Shown: positions 36,869-46,084 of the stretch, in pieces
Layout of the letters: each line of letters begins with the position of its first letter
Numbering within the stretch: position 1 is the stretch's first letter
Virus record (IMG/VR): IMGVR_UViG_3300019776_000564
Location: 44,019 to 108,018 of that record
Length of the DNA: 64,000 nucleotides
Source: a virus
Direction: 5' to 3' (one strand)
Translations under genes and position numbers: made by a program
The notes under the pieces: generated by a model
The model's database searches: none
What the model saw: the letters and a program-made list of their open reading frames with translations, nothing else
Told to the model about the DNA's origin: nothing

Positions 36869-38344
36869 ATGTCTGATGAGTCAGAGATCAAAGAGAGCTT
36901 GGCTCAGCAGATGGCTAGACAGATGGGCATGGTCGAAGAGCCTGACATTGACGATGATATGGATGACGAGATCGAAACCGTCATGCAGATGGGTCAAAAG
37001 ATCGCGCCTCTTCCAACTCTCAGCGTCGATCAAAAGGGTTTCGAGTTTGAGGGCGACTTTCAGCAGAAGATCGCCGCTCTGGTTGTTCGTGACGAAGCCT
37101 TCTACCGTCGCGTAGATGGTCTTGTTAAACCTGAGTATTTCGAGGATCGCAGCCTCTCTGCTCTGGTTCATATCGCTTCGACCTATCATGAGAAGTACAA
37201 GCGACTTCCAGAAAGATCGGAGTGGGCTGAGCTTATCAAGGATGCGAAAGCAGAGAAGGCAATCCGAGACGATGATGTCCCGGATATGGTCGTTGCTCTG
37301 AAGAAAATCCTGACCTCTGGTCTGCCGGCTCGCGATTACGCTGTAGATAAAGTCGCAGAGTTTGCGAAGAAGCAGGCTATCTCTGCCGCTTACATGATGA
37401 CAATCCCGCTTGTAGAGAAGGGTGAACATGCGAAAGCTGAAAAAATCATGCAAAAGGCGTTTGCTACAGGCGCGCAGGCTGTGGTTCAAGACAACGACTA
37501 CTGGAACAGTATCGAGTCCCGAACTCAGTATCGACGCGACGTAGAAGCCGGCCTTATCAAGAAAGACGGCGTGACCACGGGTTTGCCAAAACTGAACAAG
37601 ATGCTCTACCACGATGGATGGGGTCGAAAAGAGCTTTCCGTTGTGATGGGTGGCGCAAAGAAGGGTAAGTCTACTGGCTTGCTTCACTGGGCAATTGCAT
37701 CGTCTACAGCGGGCTTTAACGTTCTGTACGTCACGCTTGAGGTTGCTGCGAAGATCATCATGGAACGTATGGATGCAAACGTATCCGGCGTTGATATGGC
37801 CGATCTTGCATCAAAAGGTAACGAAGTAGAGAAGGGCGTAAAGGATCGGGCAAGCCTACGCAAGCCCGGTCATCTTAAGGTTGTAGAGTACCCATCTGGC
37901 ACAATGACCTGTGCAGATCTTCGTAAGGTTATCGAGTTCTACCGTGCAGAAGGGATCATCTTTGACCTGATCGTGGTCGACTACGCCGATATTATGGCCG
38001 CAGAGATCAAATCCGGTAACGACATCAACGAATCCAAACAGGTATGGCTTGGCCTTCGTGCAATCGCTCACGATGAAAACGCCGCAGTTCTTACCGCAAC
38101 ACAAACGAACCGTGCCGGCTTTACTGCTGACGTAGCAAAAGCAGAACACGCCGCAGAAGACTTCAACAAAATCCGTATTGCCGACTTGGTACTGACCATC
38201 AACCGTACTGATGAAGAGAAGGCCAAAGGCGAAGCTCGTCTGTACTTCGCAGCCTCTCGTAACCAAGCTGGCGAGTTCACCCTGAAAATCAGCCAAGACC
38301 TGAGCAAGATGCGCTTCATGACTGGCATTTTGGAGATTAGCTAA
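36869..38344 (+). CDS. dnaB: replicative DnaB-like (SF4) helicase
   Basis: GGAKKGKS, YVTLE, VVDYAD, TATQTNR motifs. Confidence 0.9.
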   Translation: MSDESEIKESLAQQMARQMGMVEEPDIDDDMDDEIETVMQMGQKIAPLPTLSVDQKGFEFEGDFQQKIAALVVRDEAFYRRVDGLVKPEYFEDRSLSALVHIASTYHEKYKRLPERSEWAELIKDAKAEKAIRDDDVPDMVVALKKILTSGLPARDYAVDKVAEFAKKQAISAAYMMTIPLVEKGEHAKAEKIMQKAFATGAQAVVQDNDYWNSIESRTQYRRDVEAGLIKKDGVTTGLPKLNKMLYHDGWGRKELSVVMGGAKKGKSTGLLHWAIASSTAGFNVLYVTLEVAAKIIMERMDANVSGVDMADLASKGNEVEKGVKDRASLRKPGHLKVVEYPSGTMTCADLRKVIEFYRAEGIIFDLIVVDYADIMAAEIKSGNDINESKQVWLGLRAIAHDENAAVLTATQTNRAGFTADVAKAEHAAEDFNKIRIADLVLTINRTDEEKAKGEARLYFAASRNQAGEFTLKISQDLSKMRFMTGILEIS

Positions 38345-38475
38345 TGCTAATGCGCGAGAAAGACCCAAATTACGTTAACCCTGACGAAATCTGGTCTTAG
38401 ATCTTATCCCGTAACATCCCAGACTCAAGCGCACATAATCGCTGCGCTTGAGTCTTTTCTTTTGAGGAAGCAAAA

Positions 38476-38778
38476 ATGAGCGACGAAAACGAGAAAGAAC
38501 CCGTAGTGAACAACTACCACACTCACACCGTTGAAAAGCATCCGTTCGTGATCGACTGGGATTGCATGGTACCAATCATGGCCTGTCTGTGCATTCTGGC
38601 AGCAACTGCTGCAATCGCCTGGGGTATCACCACCTACAACATTAACGCCAACGAGAAGATGGCCGAAGCTATCAAGAATGGCTCTCACCCAATGGACGCT
38701 TACTGCGCTTTTGATGGCAGCAGCGATAACAAGGTGTGTTTGGTTCGCGCAGCGGTAAGCGGTAAGGAGGCTAAATGA
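38476..38778 (+). CDS. hypothetical membrane protein
   Basis: Single TM segment; RBS GAGGA. Confidence 0.65.
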   Translation: MSDENEKEPVVNNYHTHTVEKHPFVIDWDCMVPIMACLCILAATAAIAWGITTYNINANEKMAEAIKNGSHPMDAYCAFDGSSDNKVCLVRAAVSGKEAK

Positions 38779-39059
38779 AAGATTTCGCCAAGCTGTTCAC
38801 GTTCAAAGATATCGGTCAGGTTCTGGTCACTCTGGATGAAACAGAGAGCGAGGCAAATATAGGCCCGGATATCCATATCTCGTTCAAGCCTAATAATCTG
38901 GGCGTGTGCTCTGTAATTCTTGGTAACTTCGGCAAGACCGCTGACGAAGCTTGGGATGCAGGCGAAGATGCCTTCGGTAAGATCGATGAGGAGTTCGCCT
39001 ACAAAACAGCGAAGAAGGTCATCGATGAATACTCCGGCCTCTTTGGCGGTGAGAAGTAA
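38775..39059 (+). CDS. hypothetical protein
   Basis: Strong RBS, ATGA coupling. Confidence 0.7.
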   Translation: MKDFAKLFTFKDIGQVLVTLDETESEANIGPDIHISFKPNNLGVCSVILGNFGKTADEAWDAGEDAFGKIDEEFAYKTAKKVIDEYSGLFGGEK

Positions 39060-39322
39060 TGACCCTGCCTGATTATGAGATTCAGGTTTCAGGCGATGGC
39101 GGAACCTGCTGGGTTCACTATAACGATGGGTCTACCATTGGCCGCTTCTCTAAAATATTTGGTGTCGATTGCCATAGCAGCATGACAGATCAAATGGCAG
39201 GCAAGTCTCAGTGCATGTGGTGTACGCACGAGCCACCCGGAAAGACCGAGTGGGACCGCTTTCGCGCTGTTATGCTTGAATCGTACAGCGTTGTAGTTCC
39301 CGAAAACCTGATGACCTTTTAA
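39059..39322 (+). CDS. hypothetical Cys/His-containing protein
   Basis: TAATG coupling; GRFS..GVD.H...CxxCTH. Confidence 0.65.
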   Translation: MTLPDYEIQVSGDGGTCWVHYNDGSTIGRFSKIFGVDCHSSMTDQMAGKSQCMWCTHEPPGKTEWDRFRAVMLESYSVVVPENLMTF

Positions 39323-39334
39323 GGATCAACTAAT

Positions 39335-39580
39335 ATGAGTCGCAAAACCAAGCGCAACGCAACGGTTAAGCCTGTGCGCAAAATGTCCAACGGTGAAGCC
39401 TACACGCTGAAGAACTGGCGTGAAGTAGCTCGACTGGCCTTCGGTGATAAGTCACCCGCAGTTGAGTATCTCGACAACGAAATCGAAATGTTTGGCGAGA
39501 AGTTCCACCCCGAACTGGACGAGCCGGCAATGAACCTGCTCCTGGCTACCATTGATGATCATGATATCCAGGTGAAGTAA
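39335..39580 (+). CDS. hypothetical protein
   Basis: ORF coupled to the primase gene. Confidence 0.65.
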   Translation: MSRKTKRNATVKPVRKMSNGEAYTLKNWREVARLAFGDKSPAVEYLDNEIEMFGEKFHPELDEPAMNLLLATIDDHDIQVK

Positions 39581-40686
39581 TGACCAAAGCTAAGGACAAC
39601 TCCGAGATTGAGGATCTTGTTGATCTGGTCGACATGGAGGACTTCTTGAGCTTTGAAAGCATCGACTACCGGGTCACTCGCGGGCGATCCGGTACTCAAC
39701 TAAACCTTAAAGAATGCCCCCGCTGCGGGGGCAGAGACTGGAAGGTCTACCTAAACGCTGAGACAGGTTTGGGTAGTTGCTTTCATGGTTCATGCTCTGA
39801 TCAACCCGGTTTCAACAAGTACAGCTTCATCCATCACCTGAACGATAAGAGCCACCGTGAGACGATTCAAGCCCTGAAGCGATACGCCAAGAGCTTAGGC
39901 TGGACATCGAAGCGTGTGCGCGCTCCTAGACCGCCTGATGAGAACCCCGATGAGATCATCATCCCAACAAGCACCCAACTCCCCGTTAACGGACGAACTC
40001 TCAAGTATCTTTCGGAGCGGGGATTCGGCCCTGAGCTTGCTGATTACTTTGGGTGGCGATACAGCAAGTCGGGAGCGTACAAGTACACCATCGGTGGTGA
40101 AGAGAAAGAGCAGGACTGGTCAAGCAGAGTCATCATTCCGGTATATGGAATCGATGGGCAGCTTGTTACCTTTCAAGGGCGAAGCATAGAGAAAGACCCT
40201 TTCAGGAAATATATCTTCCCGCCAGGATTAGCAGGTGCCGGCCGATTCATTTACAACGCACATAATGCCCTTGGTATGAAAGAGATCGTTCTTGGTGAGG
40301 GCGCCTTTGACGTTGCCGCAATCAAGAAGGCTTTTGACGAGGACATTACGTTCAGAGATATCGGTATCTGTGGAACGTTCGGTATGCACCTCTCTATCGC
40401 AGAGTCAGGCGGTGAGAAGGATCAGCTTAGCGACCTGAAGAAGCTGCAAGAGGCCGGTCTTCAAGAGATAACCATGATGTGGGATGGCTCATCTGATGCA
40501 ATCCTCAATGCGATAAAAACCGGCATCAAACTGCGGAGCTTCAGATTCAAGGTGAAGCTTGCAATCTTGCCTGTGGATAAAGACCCTAACGAAGTTGATA
40601 CAGAGGTTGTGCGTCAGGCTTTTGTTAATGCCAAAGAGATAACGCCTCTATATGCCGCTTCAATAATGTCAAAATTCAGTCTTTAG
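39580..40686 (+). CDS. DNA primase (Zn finger + TOPRIM)
   Basis: CPRC...CFHGSC zinc finger, YLSERG, FQGR, GEGAFD, WDG, KDPNE. Confidence 0.85.
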   Translation: MTKAKDNSEIEDLVDLVDMEDFLSFESIDYRVTRGRSGTQLNLKECPRCGGRDWKVYLNAETGLGSCFHGSCSDQPGFNKYSFIHHLNDKSHRETIQALKRYAKSLGWTSKRVRAPRPPDENPDEIIIPTSTQLPVNGRTLKYLSERGFGPELADYFGWRYSKSGAYKYTIGGEEKEQDWSSRVIIPVYGIDGQLVTFQGRSIEKDPFRKYIFPPGLAGAGRFIYNAHNALGMKEIVLGEGAFDVAAIKKAFDEDITFRDIGICGTFGMHLSIAESGGEKDQLSDLKKLQEAGLQEITMMWDGSSDAILNAIKTGIKLRSFRFKVKLAILPVDKDPNEVDTEVVRQAFVNAKEITPLYAASIMSKFSL

Positions 40687-40713
40687 ATAGAGACGCTTTC
40701 GAGAGCCATTCCC

Positions 40714-41490
40714 ATGCAATTCTTCACGCCATATAAAACAACAGACCTAAAGACCCTCGAAACCGTATATGTGAAGTGGCCCGACATATCCGGCAAATCT
40801 GGATATACGGAAGTTGCTCATTCCATATCACCAGTAGATTCAAAGGTTAATGTATTCCCGACATCGATGATTGTTTGCTCCCACCCTGAGGGCAAACAAT
40901 GGATGTCAATGTTCATACCGATGAACAAAAGCGGTTCATACGGTATTTCTTTAACTTGGTGGGGTAAGGATCTTATAGTAAAGGGTCAGTGCCAAGCCAA
41001 GTCCGTAAGCGAGTCCGAATGGTACTCAGTTGTAAAGAGCAAGGCTGTAGGTAAAGGTTACGAAGTAGAGCAGTATATTGGCAGAACAGTGCCTCTGAAT
41101 GTCGGCCAATCTTTCGTTAGCGATATCGCTAAAGATAATAAAGGTGGCAGACTTCACTTTATGGCCCTTACCTACGATCAGTATATTGCTGTGATTGCCG
41201 ACTCGTGCGGAATCGCCGGTATCGGTTCAATAATGGCTCAAGCGATAGATAATATTGTTCCAACTTCAAACTTTATCTCCTTTATTGGCAATAAGGGCGT
41301 TGATATCAACGCCCTTATTATGGGTGAGGTAGAAAAACTATCGCCTGGATCTACTGAGCGATTAGTTGGCGAAGCTTTTGTTAGTCACAAGTTTGGCTCA
41401 AGCCCACTTGTTAACTCTCAACCAAGAAAGCAAGAGCCTGTTATTGACCGAGAAGAGGTTTATGGCGGTAGCTGGGGAGGCTTCGCTTAA
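40714..41490 (+). CDS. hypothetical protein with WGR-like domain
   Basis: WWGK...GQ...KSKAVGKGYE resembles a WGR domain; AT-richer codons. Confidence 0.55.
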   Translation: MQFFTPYKTTDLKTLETVYVKWPDISGKSGYTEVAHSISPVDSKVNVFPTSMIVCSHPEGKQWMSMFIPMNKSGSYGISLTWWGKDLIVKGQCQAKSVSESEWYSVVKSKAVGKGYEVEQYIGRTVPLNVGQSFVSDIAKDNKGGRLHFMALTYDQYIAVIADSCGIAGIGSIMAQAIDNIVPTSNFISFIGNKGVDINALIMGEVEKLSPGSTERLVGEAFVSHKFGSSPLVNSQPRKQEPVIDREEVYGGSWGGFA

Positions 41491-41559
41491 CAGCTAATGC
41501 CATGTAAGCCCTGATAAGCGCTTGTACTATACAAGCGCGCTACTAACGAGATCATCTAT

Positions 41560-42219
41560 ATGACCGAACCTCAGAAAGACCCCGAACTCATTGCAATCGT
41601 GCCAGTTGAAATGAGTATGTCAGGGCGAAACTCTCATTACTTCTTCTGTCACCGTCGCCAACAGCAGGTTAGCTACGCCGTCTGTCTTCACACGGTGAAG
41701 GCTATTGAAGATGATCGCAAGTCCGGTCATACGTTCGATGACTGCCAGCGAGCCTACTGCCACAATGACTGCGAAGCGAAAGTCATGAAGGCTCAGGAAA
41801 TCTCGGCCGGACACGCTCTCTTCTATAAAGAGCGTGTGACGCCCGTCGCAGTAAAAGCCAAGTCCTCTGCTGCGGATGGTGCAGTCAGTAGCGGCAAATA
41901 CGATATGTCGAACCCGAGCTACGCGCGCGGTTGGGCAATCGGCGGTCGTGAAGGCTACAGCACTGACAAGCCTGTTCCGAAGCGTCAATCACCCAAACCT
42001 ACTCGCAACATCGGGCCGATCAAGAAATCCGGGTTCGTTGAAGAGGGCATGGCTGATGTTGTTAACGTGCTTATGAAAGAGCACGAAGAAAGCAAGTCTG
42101 TACCTAAACCAAAAGTCGCTGAAACTCCGGCTACTGACAAATCATCCACTCGCCCACTGCCAGGTGAATCCACTGCGGACTTCATCAAGCGTCGGGCCGC
42201 ACTGAAGGCAGGCAAATGA
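41560..42219 (+). CDS. hypothetical protein with putative Zn-binding N-terminus
   Basis: Cys/His cluster in the N-terminal 75 aa; C-terminal PLPGESTADFIKRR. Confidence 0.65.
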   Translation: MTEPQKDPELIAIVPVEMSMSGRNSHYFFCHRRQQQVSYAVCLHTVKAIEDDRKSGHTFDDCQRAYCHNDCEAKVMKAQEISAGHALFYKERVTPVAVKAKSSAADGAVSSGKYDMSNPSYARGWAIGGREGYSTDKPVPKRQSPKPTRNIGPIKKSGFVEEGMADVVNVLMKEHEESKSVPKPKVAETPATDKSSTRPLPGESTADFIKRRAALKAGK

Positions 42220-43625
42220 ACTCCAATCAGATCATGGATATGGTCAGCAAAATCGCTGACACATCCGGCAAGAACGACAAGCAAGCGCTACTGGCTATTG
42301 CGATGGAAGATCCGACTTTCGCTAAGGTGATGAACTACACCTACAATCCGTTCATCACTTACGGCATTCGGCCTAAGCGCCGTCAGCTTGAGTCCTTGAA
42401 TCGGTTGTTCAACGATCAGACCTGGACTCTTCTGGATAACCTTGCGAGTCGTCGTCTTACTGGTGATGCGGCAAAGTCCGCTGTAAGCAAGGAAATGAAC
42501 TCGCTCGATTCAATGAGCGCCGAACTTCTGTGGCGTATCATCAACAAGGATATGAAAGCCGGGTTCAGTGAGAACTCCATCAACAAGGTGTCGAAAGACT
42601 TCATCCCTTGTTCACCTTATCAGCGCTGCTCTCTACCGAAGGATGTAGACTTTGAAGGGTGGCCCTGGGCACAAGGTGTAATCAGCCAGATCAAGGCTGA
42701 CGGCATGTTCTTCAACGGCGACGTAGAGTCTGAACTGGTCAGCTTCACAAGTCGTCAGGGTCAGCCTTTCCCAGTTGAAGGCTTCGAGCAACTGATGAAG
42801 GACTTTGCCGATACTTTCAGCCCACTGCTGAACAACTCGGTGTATCCAGACTACGACGAAGGCATTCAGACTCACGGTGAGCTACTAGTCAAAGGTACAA
42901 ATGGTGAGTTCCTGCCACGCGAAGTTGGTAACGGCCTCATCAACAAGCTCTGCAAGGGCACGCCTCTTCCAGAAGGTCATAGTCTGTTCGCTGAACTGTG
43001 GAACATCATTCCTAAGAAGTGTGCAGTCAAGAAAGGCCATAACACTGCGCCGTATCTGCAAAACCTTCGCACATTGAACTCCGCGTTGGGCGTAGTTAAA
43101 GCTAGCCGCAAGGAAGTTTCGATCCAAGTTATCGAAACCAAAGTGGTGCGAACCTACGCTGATGCGATGGAGCATTACTACGCTGCTCGCCGCTGTGGGC
43201 TGGAAGGAACCATTGCAAAGAAAACCACTCTGGAATGGAAGGACGGCACTTCTAAAGATCAGGTTAAGCTGAAACAGGAAGTTCCGGTTGAACTTGAAGT
43301 TGAAGGCTTTGAAGAGGGTAAAGAGGGCGGGAAGACTGCCGACACCTTCGGCTCGCTGAAGTGCAAGTCCAAATGCGGAGCGCTGAAAGTCAACGTAGGC
43401 TCCGGCTTCTCTGATGAGCTTCGCGCAGAGATTAATGCCAATCGCGATGATTGGATGGGCGCAATCATCACCGTTAAGGCGAACGAAATCATGTACGCCA
43501 AGCGTGGCAAGCTGGTACACAGCCTGTTTCTGCCGATCTATGTTGAACGTCGCTTTGACAAGACCGAAGCCGATACCTTCGATCAGATCGTTACCCAATT
43601 CGAGAATGCGGTGAAAGGCGTATGA
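42216..43625 (+). CDS. ATP-dependent DNA ligase
   Basis: KADG adenylation motif, HGEL, EGTIAK, VKLK, VGSGFSD, SLFLP. Confidence 0.92.
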   Translation: MNSNQIMDMVSKIADTSGKNDKQALLAIAMEDPTFAKVMNYTYNPFITYGIRPKRRQLESLNRLFNDQTWTLLDNLASRRLTGDAAKSAVSKEMNSLDSMSAELLWRIINKDMKAGFSENSINKVSKDFIPCSPYQRCSLPKDVDFEGWPWAQGVISQIKADGMFFNGDVESELVSFTSRQGQPFPVEGFEQLMKDFADTFSPLLNNSVYPDYDEGIQTHGELLVKGTNGEFLPREVGNGLINKLCKGTPLPEGHSLFAELWNIIPKKCAVKKGHNTAPYLQNLRTLNSALGVVKASRKEVSIQVIETKVVRTYADAMEHYYAARRCGLEGTIAKKTTLEWKDGTSKDQVKLKQEVPVELEVEGFEEGKEGGKTADTFGSLKCKSKCGALKVNVGSGFSDELRAEINANRDDWMGAIITVKANEIMYAKRGKLVHSLFLPIYVERRFDKTEADTFDQIVTQFENAVKGV

Positions 43626-43816
43626 CGACGCTGCCTCGCTACAACTTCATGGTGGTAATTGGAGCCGAAGACCGCAGTGAACTTCGCCATATTACGGTGT
43701 ACGCCGAAGATGAGGTTCACGCCAGAAGTATGGGTGATGTCGCTGCCGAATCGATGCGCGAGGATTTCCATAATGGTCGAGAGTTCTACGTGGAGTTAGT
43801 GACAGCACTCGAATAA
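43622..43816 (+). CDS. small hypothetical protein
   Basis: ATGA-coupled; followed by a terminator. Confidence 0.6.
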   Translation: MTTLPRYNFMVVIGAEDRSELRHITVYAEDEVHARSMGDVAAESMREDFHNGREFYVELVTALE

Positions 43817-43822
43817 CTACCT

Positions 43823-43853
43823 AACTGGGAGCCGCAAGCTCCCAGTTTTGTTT
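43823..43853 (+). terminator. intrinsic terminator
   Basis: AACTGGGAGC-CGCAA-GCTCCCAGTTTTGTTT. Confidence 0.8.
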
Positions 43854-43910
43854 CTGCATAATAGACGCTGATTTGACGCAAACAACATCCATTCAAACAG
43901 GTTGGAAAAC

Positions 43911-45989
43911 ATGGATCGCATTCAACGCATTGCCATTATGAGAGAGGCGATTACCAAAATCGCCCAGATCCTCTCTGACGGCAAAGTTCTCGTAACTCAG
44001 TCAGGTGTTAAGGCGTTCGTTAAGTACGACGAGCGCACTATGAAAGCAACTCGCGTCAACTTGCCAATGATCCCGGATGACGCAAGTGACGAACTGATTG
44101 AAGCTGTTCAGGGCTTTCTTGACAGCGAGATCTCCAAAGTCCTCTATGCGGACGGCAAGTCCAACCTGCGTGCTGCGCACGAAAACATGGCCTCGCTGTA
44201 CAACCCGCTTGAGTCCTTCTTTTGCGAGAAGGAAATGGTCAAGAACTTCCAGGGTTCTCGCCATAACCTCGCAAACATGCACCAGACTTTCGTGGACAAG
44301 TTCATCACGCCACGACTGAAAGAAGCTCTCGCTAATGGCGCAGAAGAGCAAGAGCTTTTCCAAGTTCTCGCAGTTCCCGCATTGCGAGCGTGGGGCGGCC
44401 AAAAGTTCTTCCAAGACTACATGAGCGATAAGTGGTCTCTGATCGCCGGCATTCAGAAGCAGCTTGATCCGATTGCCAAGAAAATGCAGACCATGACCAA
44501 AGCGTCTGACTGCTATGACATGGCGAAGCAGATTCGCAATGTCGTAATGGGTGAGCCGCCTGAAGGTGATGGTGACAACCCGTTCGGTGATGAAGATCCG
44601 AGCAAGAAAGGTGGCGGTGGCGGTAAAGGTAGCAGCGGTAAAGGTGGCAAGGGTGGTAAAGGCGCCCCTCCACCAAAAGCTAACAAGGGCAAAGGTGCAG
44701 GTGAACTAGGCGACGAAGAAGAGTCTGAAGAAGACGAGGACGAAGAGTCTTCGGGTGGCCCGGGCGAGAAGTCTGAAGAAGACGCAGACGCAGAAGACGG
44801 CTCCGGCGTCGAAGATGATGACGACCTGGAAGAAGACGAGGAAGGTGAAGACGGCGAAAAGCCCGACCCTCGTAAAGAAGACGCCCAATCCGGTGCCGAC
44901 GGTCAGTCCAATCAGCAAGAGCGTGAGAAAGGTACTGAAGATACCGAGTCCGCTCAAGCCGATTACGGCGGCGCGAACTTCATGAAGGACTTCGACTGGG
45001 ACAAGGTTCAGGACATCGGCACTGAATTTGGTCAGTACGTTACCGATCTGTGCTCGACAGAAATGGATAACGAGGACTACACGGTCTTTACTCGCGAGTG
45101 GGATCAGCTTGAGCCTCCAAAAATCCCATCGAGCTACAGTCCGAAGTGGCTCGATGACCTCGAAAAGTCAATCGCTGGTATGGTTGGCCCTGTTGCGCGT
45201 CAGCTTGAGCGTGCTTTTGCCGCACGTAACAAGTCTCTGACTCAGCAAGGTCTTCGTAAAGGCAAGCTGTCTTCCAACAATCTGTATCGTCTGACCGCTG
45301 GTGACGATCACATTTACAAGAACAAGATTGAGCACAAGACCCGAGAAATTGCTGTGTCTCTGGTCATCGACTGCTCCGGCTCTATGGGTGGTTCCAAGAT
45401 CCATACTGCAATGTGCTCAGCGTGGGTGCTTGCTGATGTTCTCGGTCGACTCGGCGTCGATTGCGAGATCATGGGCTTCACTACTGGCGACCTGTACGCT
45501 CAGCGGTCTAAAGACCTGTACAAAGAAATGTGCGACGCAAGTAATGCCGGCCGTGAGTTCGACCGCTGTGAGCCGTTGCGACTTCCTCTCTTCAAGAGCT
45601 TCCAAGAGAAGTTCTCGATTGAGGTCAAGAAGCGAATGGCGAGTTACGCTCACGTTCAGTCTTCTATGGCGAGCAACATTGACGGCGAGTCCGTTCAATA
45701 CGCCTATGAGTCTCTGTGTCGCCATGCAAACAAGGGTAAGCGTAAAGGCAAGATGATGATCGTCTTCAGCGACGGTCAACCTGCAGGCGGCGTAGACAGT
45801 CGTAAGCTGAACGCCCACTTGAAGGCTGTGGTGAATCGAATCGAGAAGGACGGCACTAACATTGTTGGTGTAGGCATTATGTCCAACTCTGTCCAGCATT
45901 TTTACCGCAAGAACGTCAAGCTGGATAACGTTGCTGAGCTGCCGGGCATCGTCCTCAAGCAACTCCGGGACGCTCTGCTTTCCGCTTAA
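43911..45989 (+). CDS. cobT: CobT-like vWA-domain protein
   Basis: Gly/acidic low-complexity linker, MIDAS DCSGS, NIDGE, FSDGQP; paired with a CobS-like ATPase. Confidence 0.85.
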   Translation: MDRIQRIAIMREAITKIAQILSDGKVLVTQSGVKAFVKYDERTMKATRVNLPMIPDDASDELIEAVQGFLDSEISKVLYADGKSNLRAAHENMASLYNPLESFFCEKEMVKNFQGSRHNLANMHQTFVDKFITPRLKEALANGAEEQELFQVLAVPALRAWGGQKFFQDYMSDKWSLIAGIQKQLDPIAKKMQTMTKASDCYDMAKQIRNVVMGEPPEGDGDNPFGDEDPSKKGGGGGKGSSGKGGKGGKGAPPPKANKGKGAGELGDEEESEEDEDEESSGGPGEKSEEDADAEDGSGVEDDDDLEEDEEGEDGEKPDPRKEDAQSGADGQSNQQEREKGTEDTESAQADYGGANFMKDFDWDKVQDIGTEFGQYVTDLCSTEMDNEDYTVFTREWDQLEPPKIPSSYSPKWLDDLEKSIAGMVGPVARQLERAFAARNKSLTQQGLRKGKLSSNNLYRLTAGDDHIYKNKIEHKTREIAVSLVIDCSGSMGGSKIHTAMCSAWVLADVLGRLGVDCEIMGFTTGDLYAQRSKDLYKEMCDASNAGREFDRCEPLRLPLFKSFQEKFSIEVKKRMASYAHVQSSMASNIDGESVQYAYESLCRHANKGKRKGKMMIVFSDGQPAGGVDSRKLNAHLKAVVNRIEKDGTNIVGVGIMSNSVQHFYRKNVKLDNVAELPGIVLKQLRDALLSA

Positions 45990-46084
45990 TTCCCATTGAA
46001 CGCCCAGTTGTGAGCGTAGAAAATACGCTCACTTTCAAACGTTACATAGAAACACTTCAACCATTAGATAGAGAGGATTCACAA

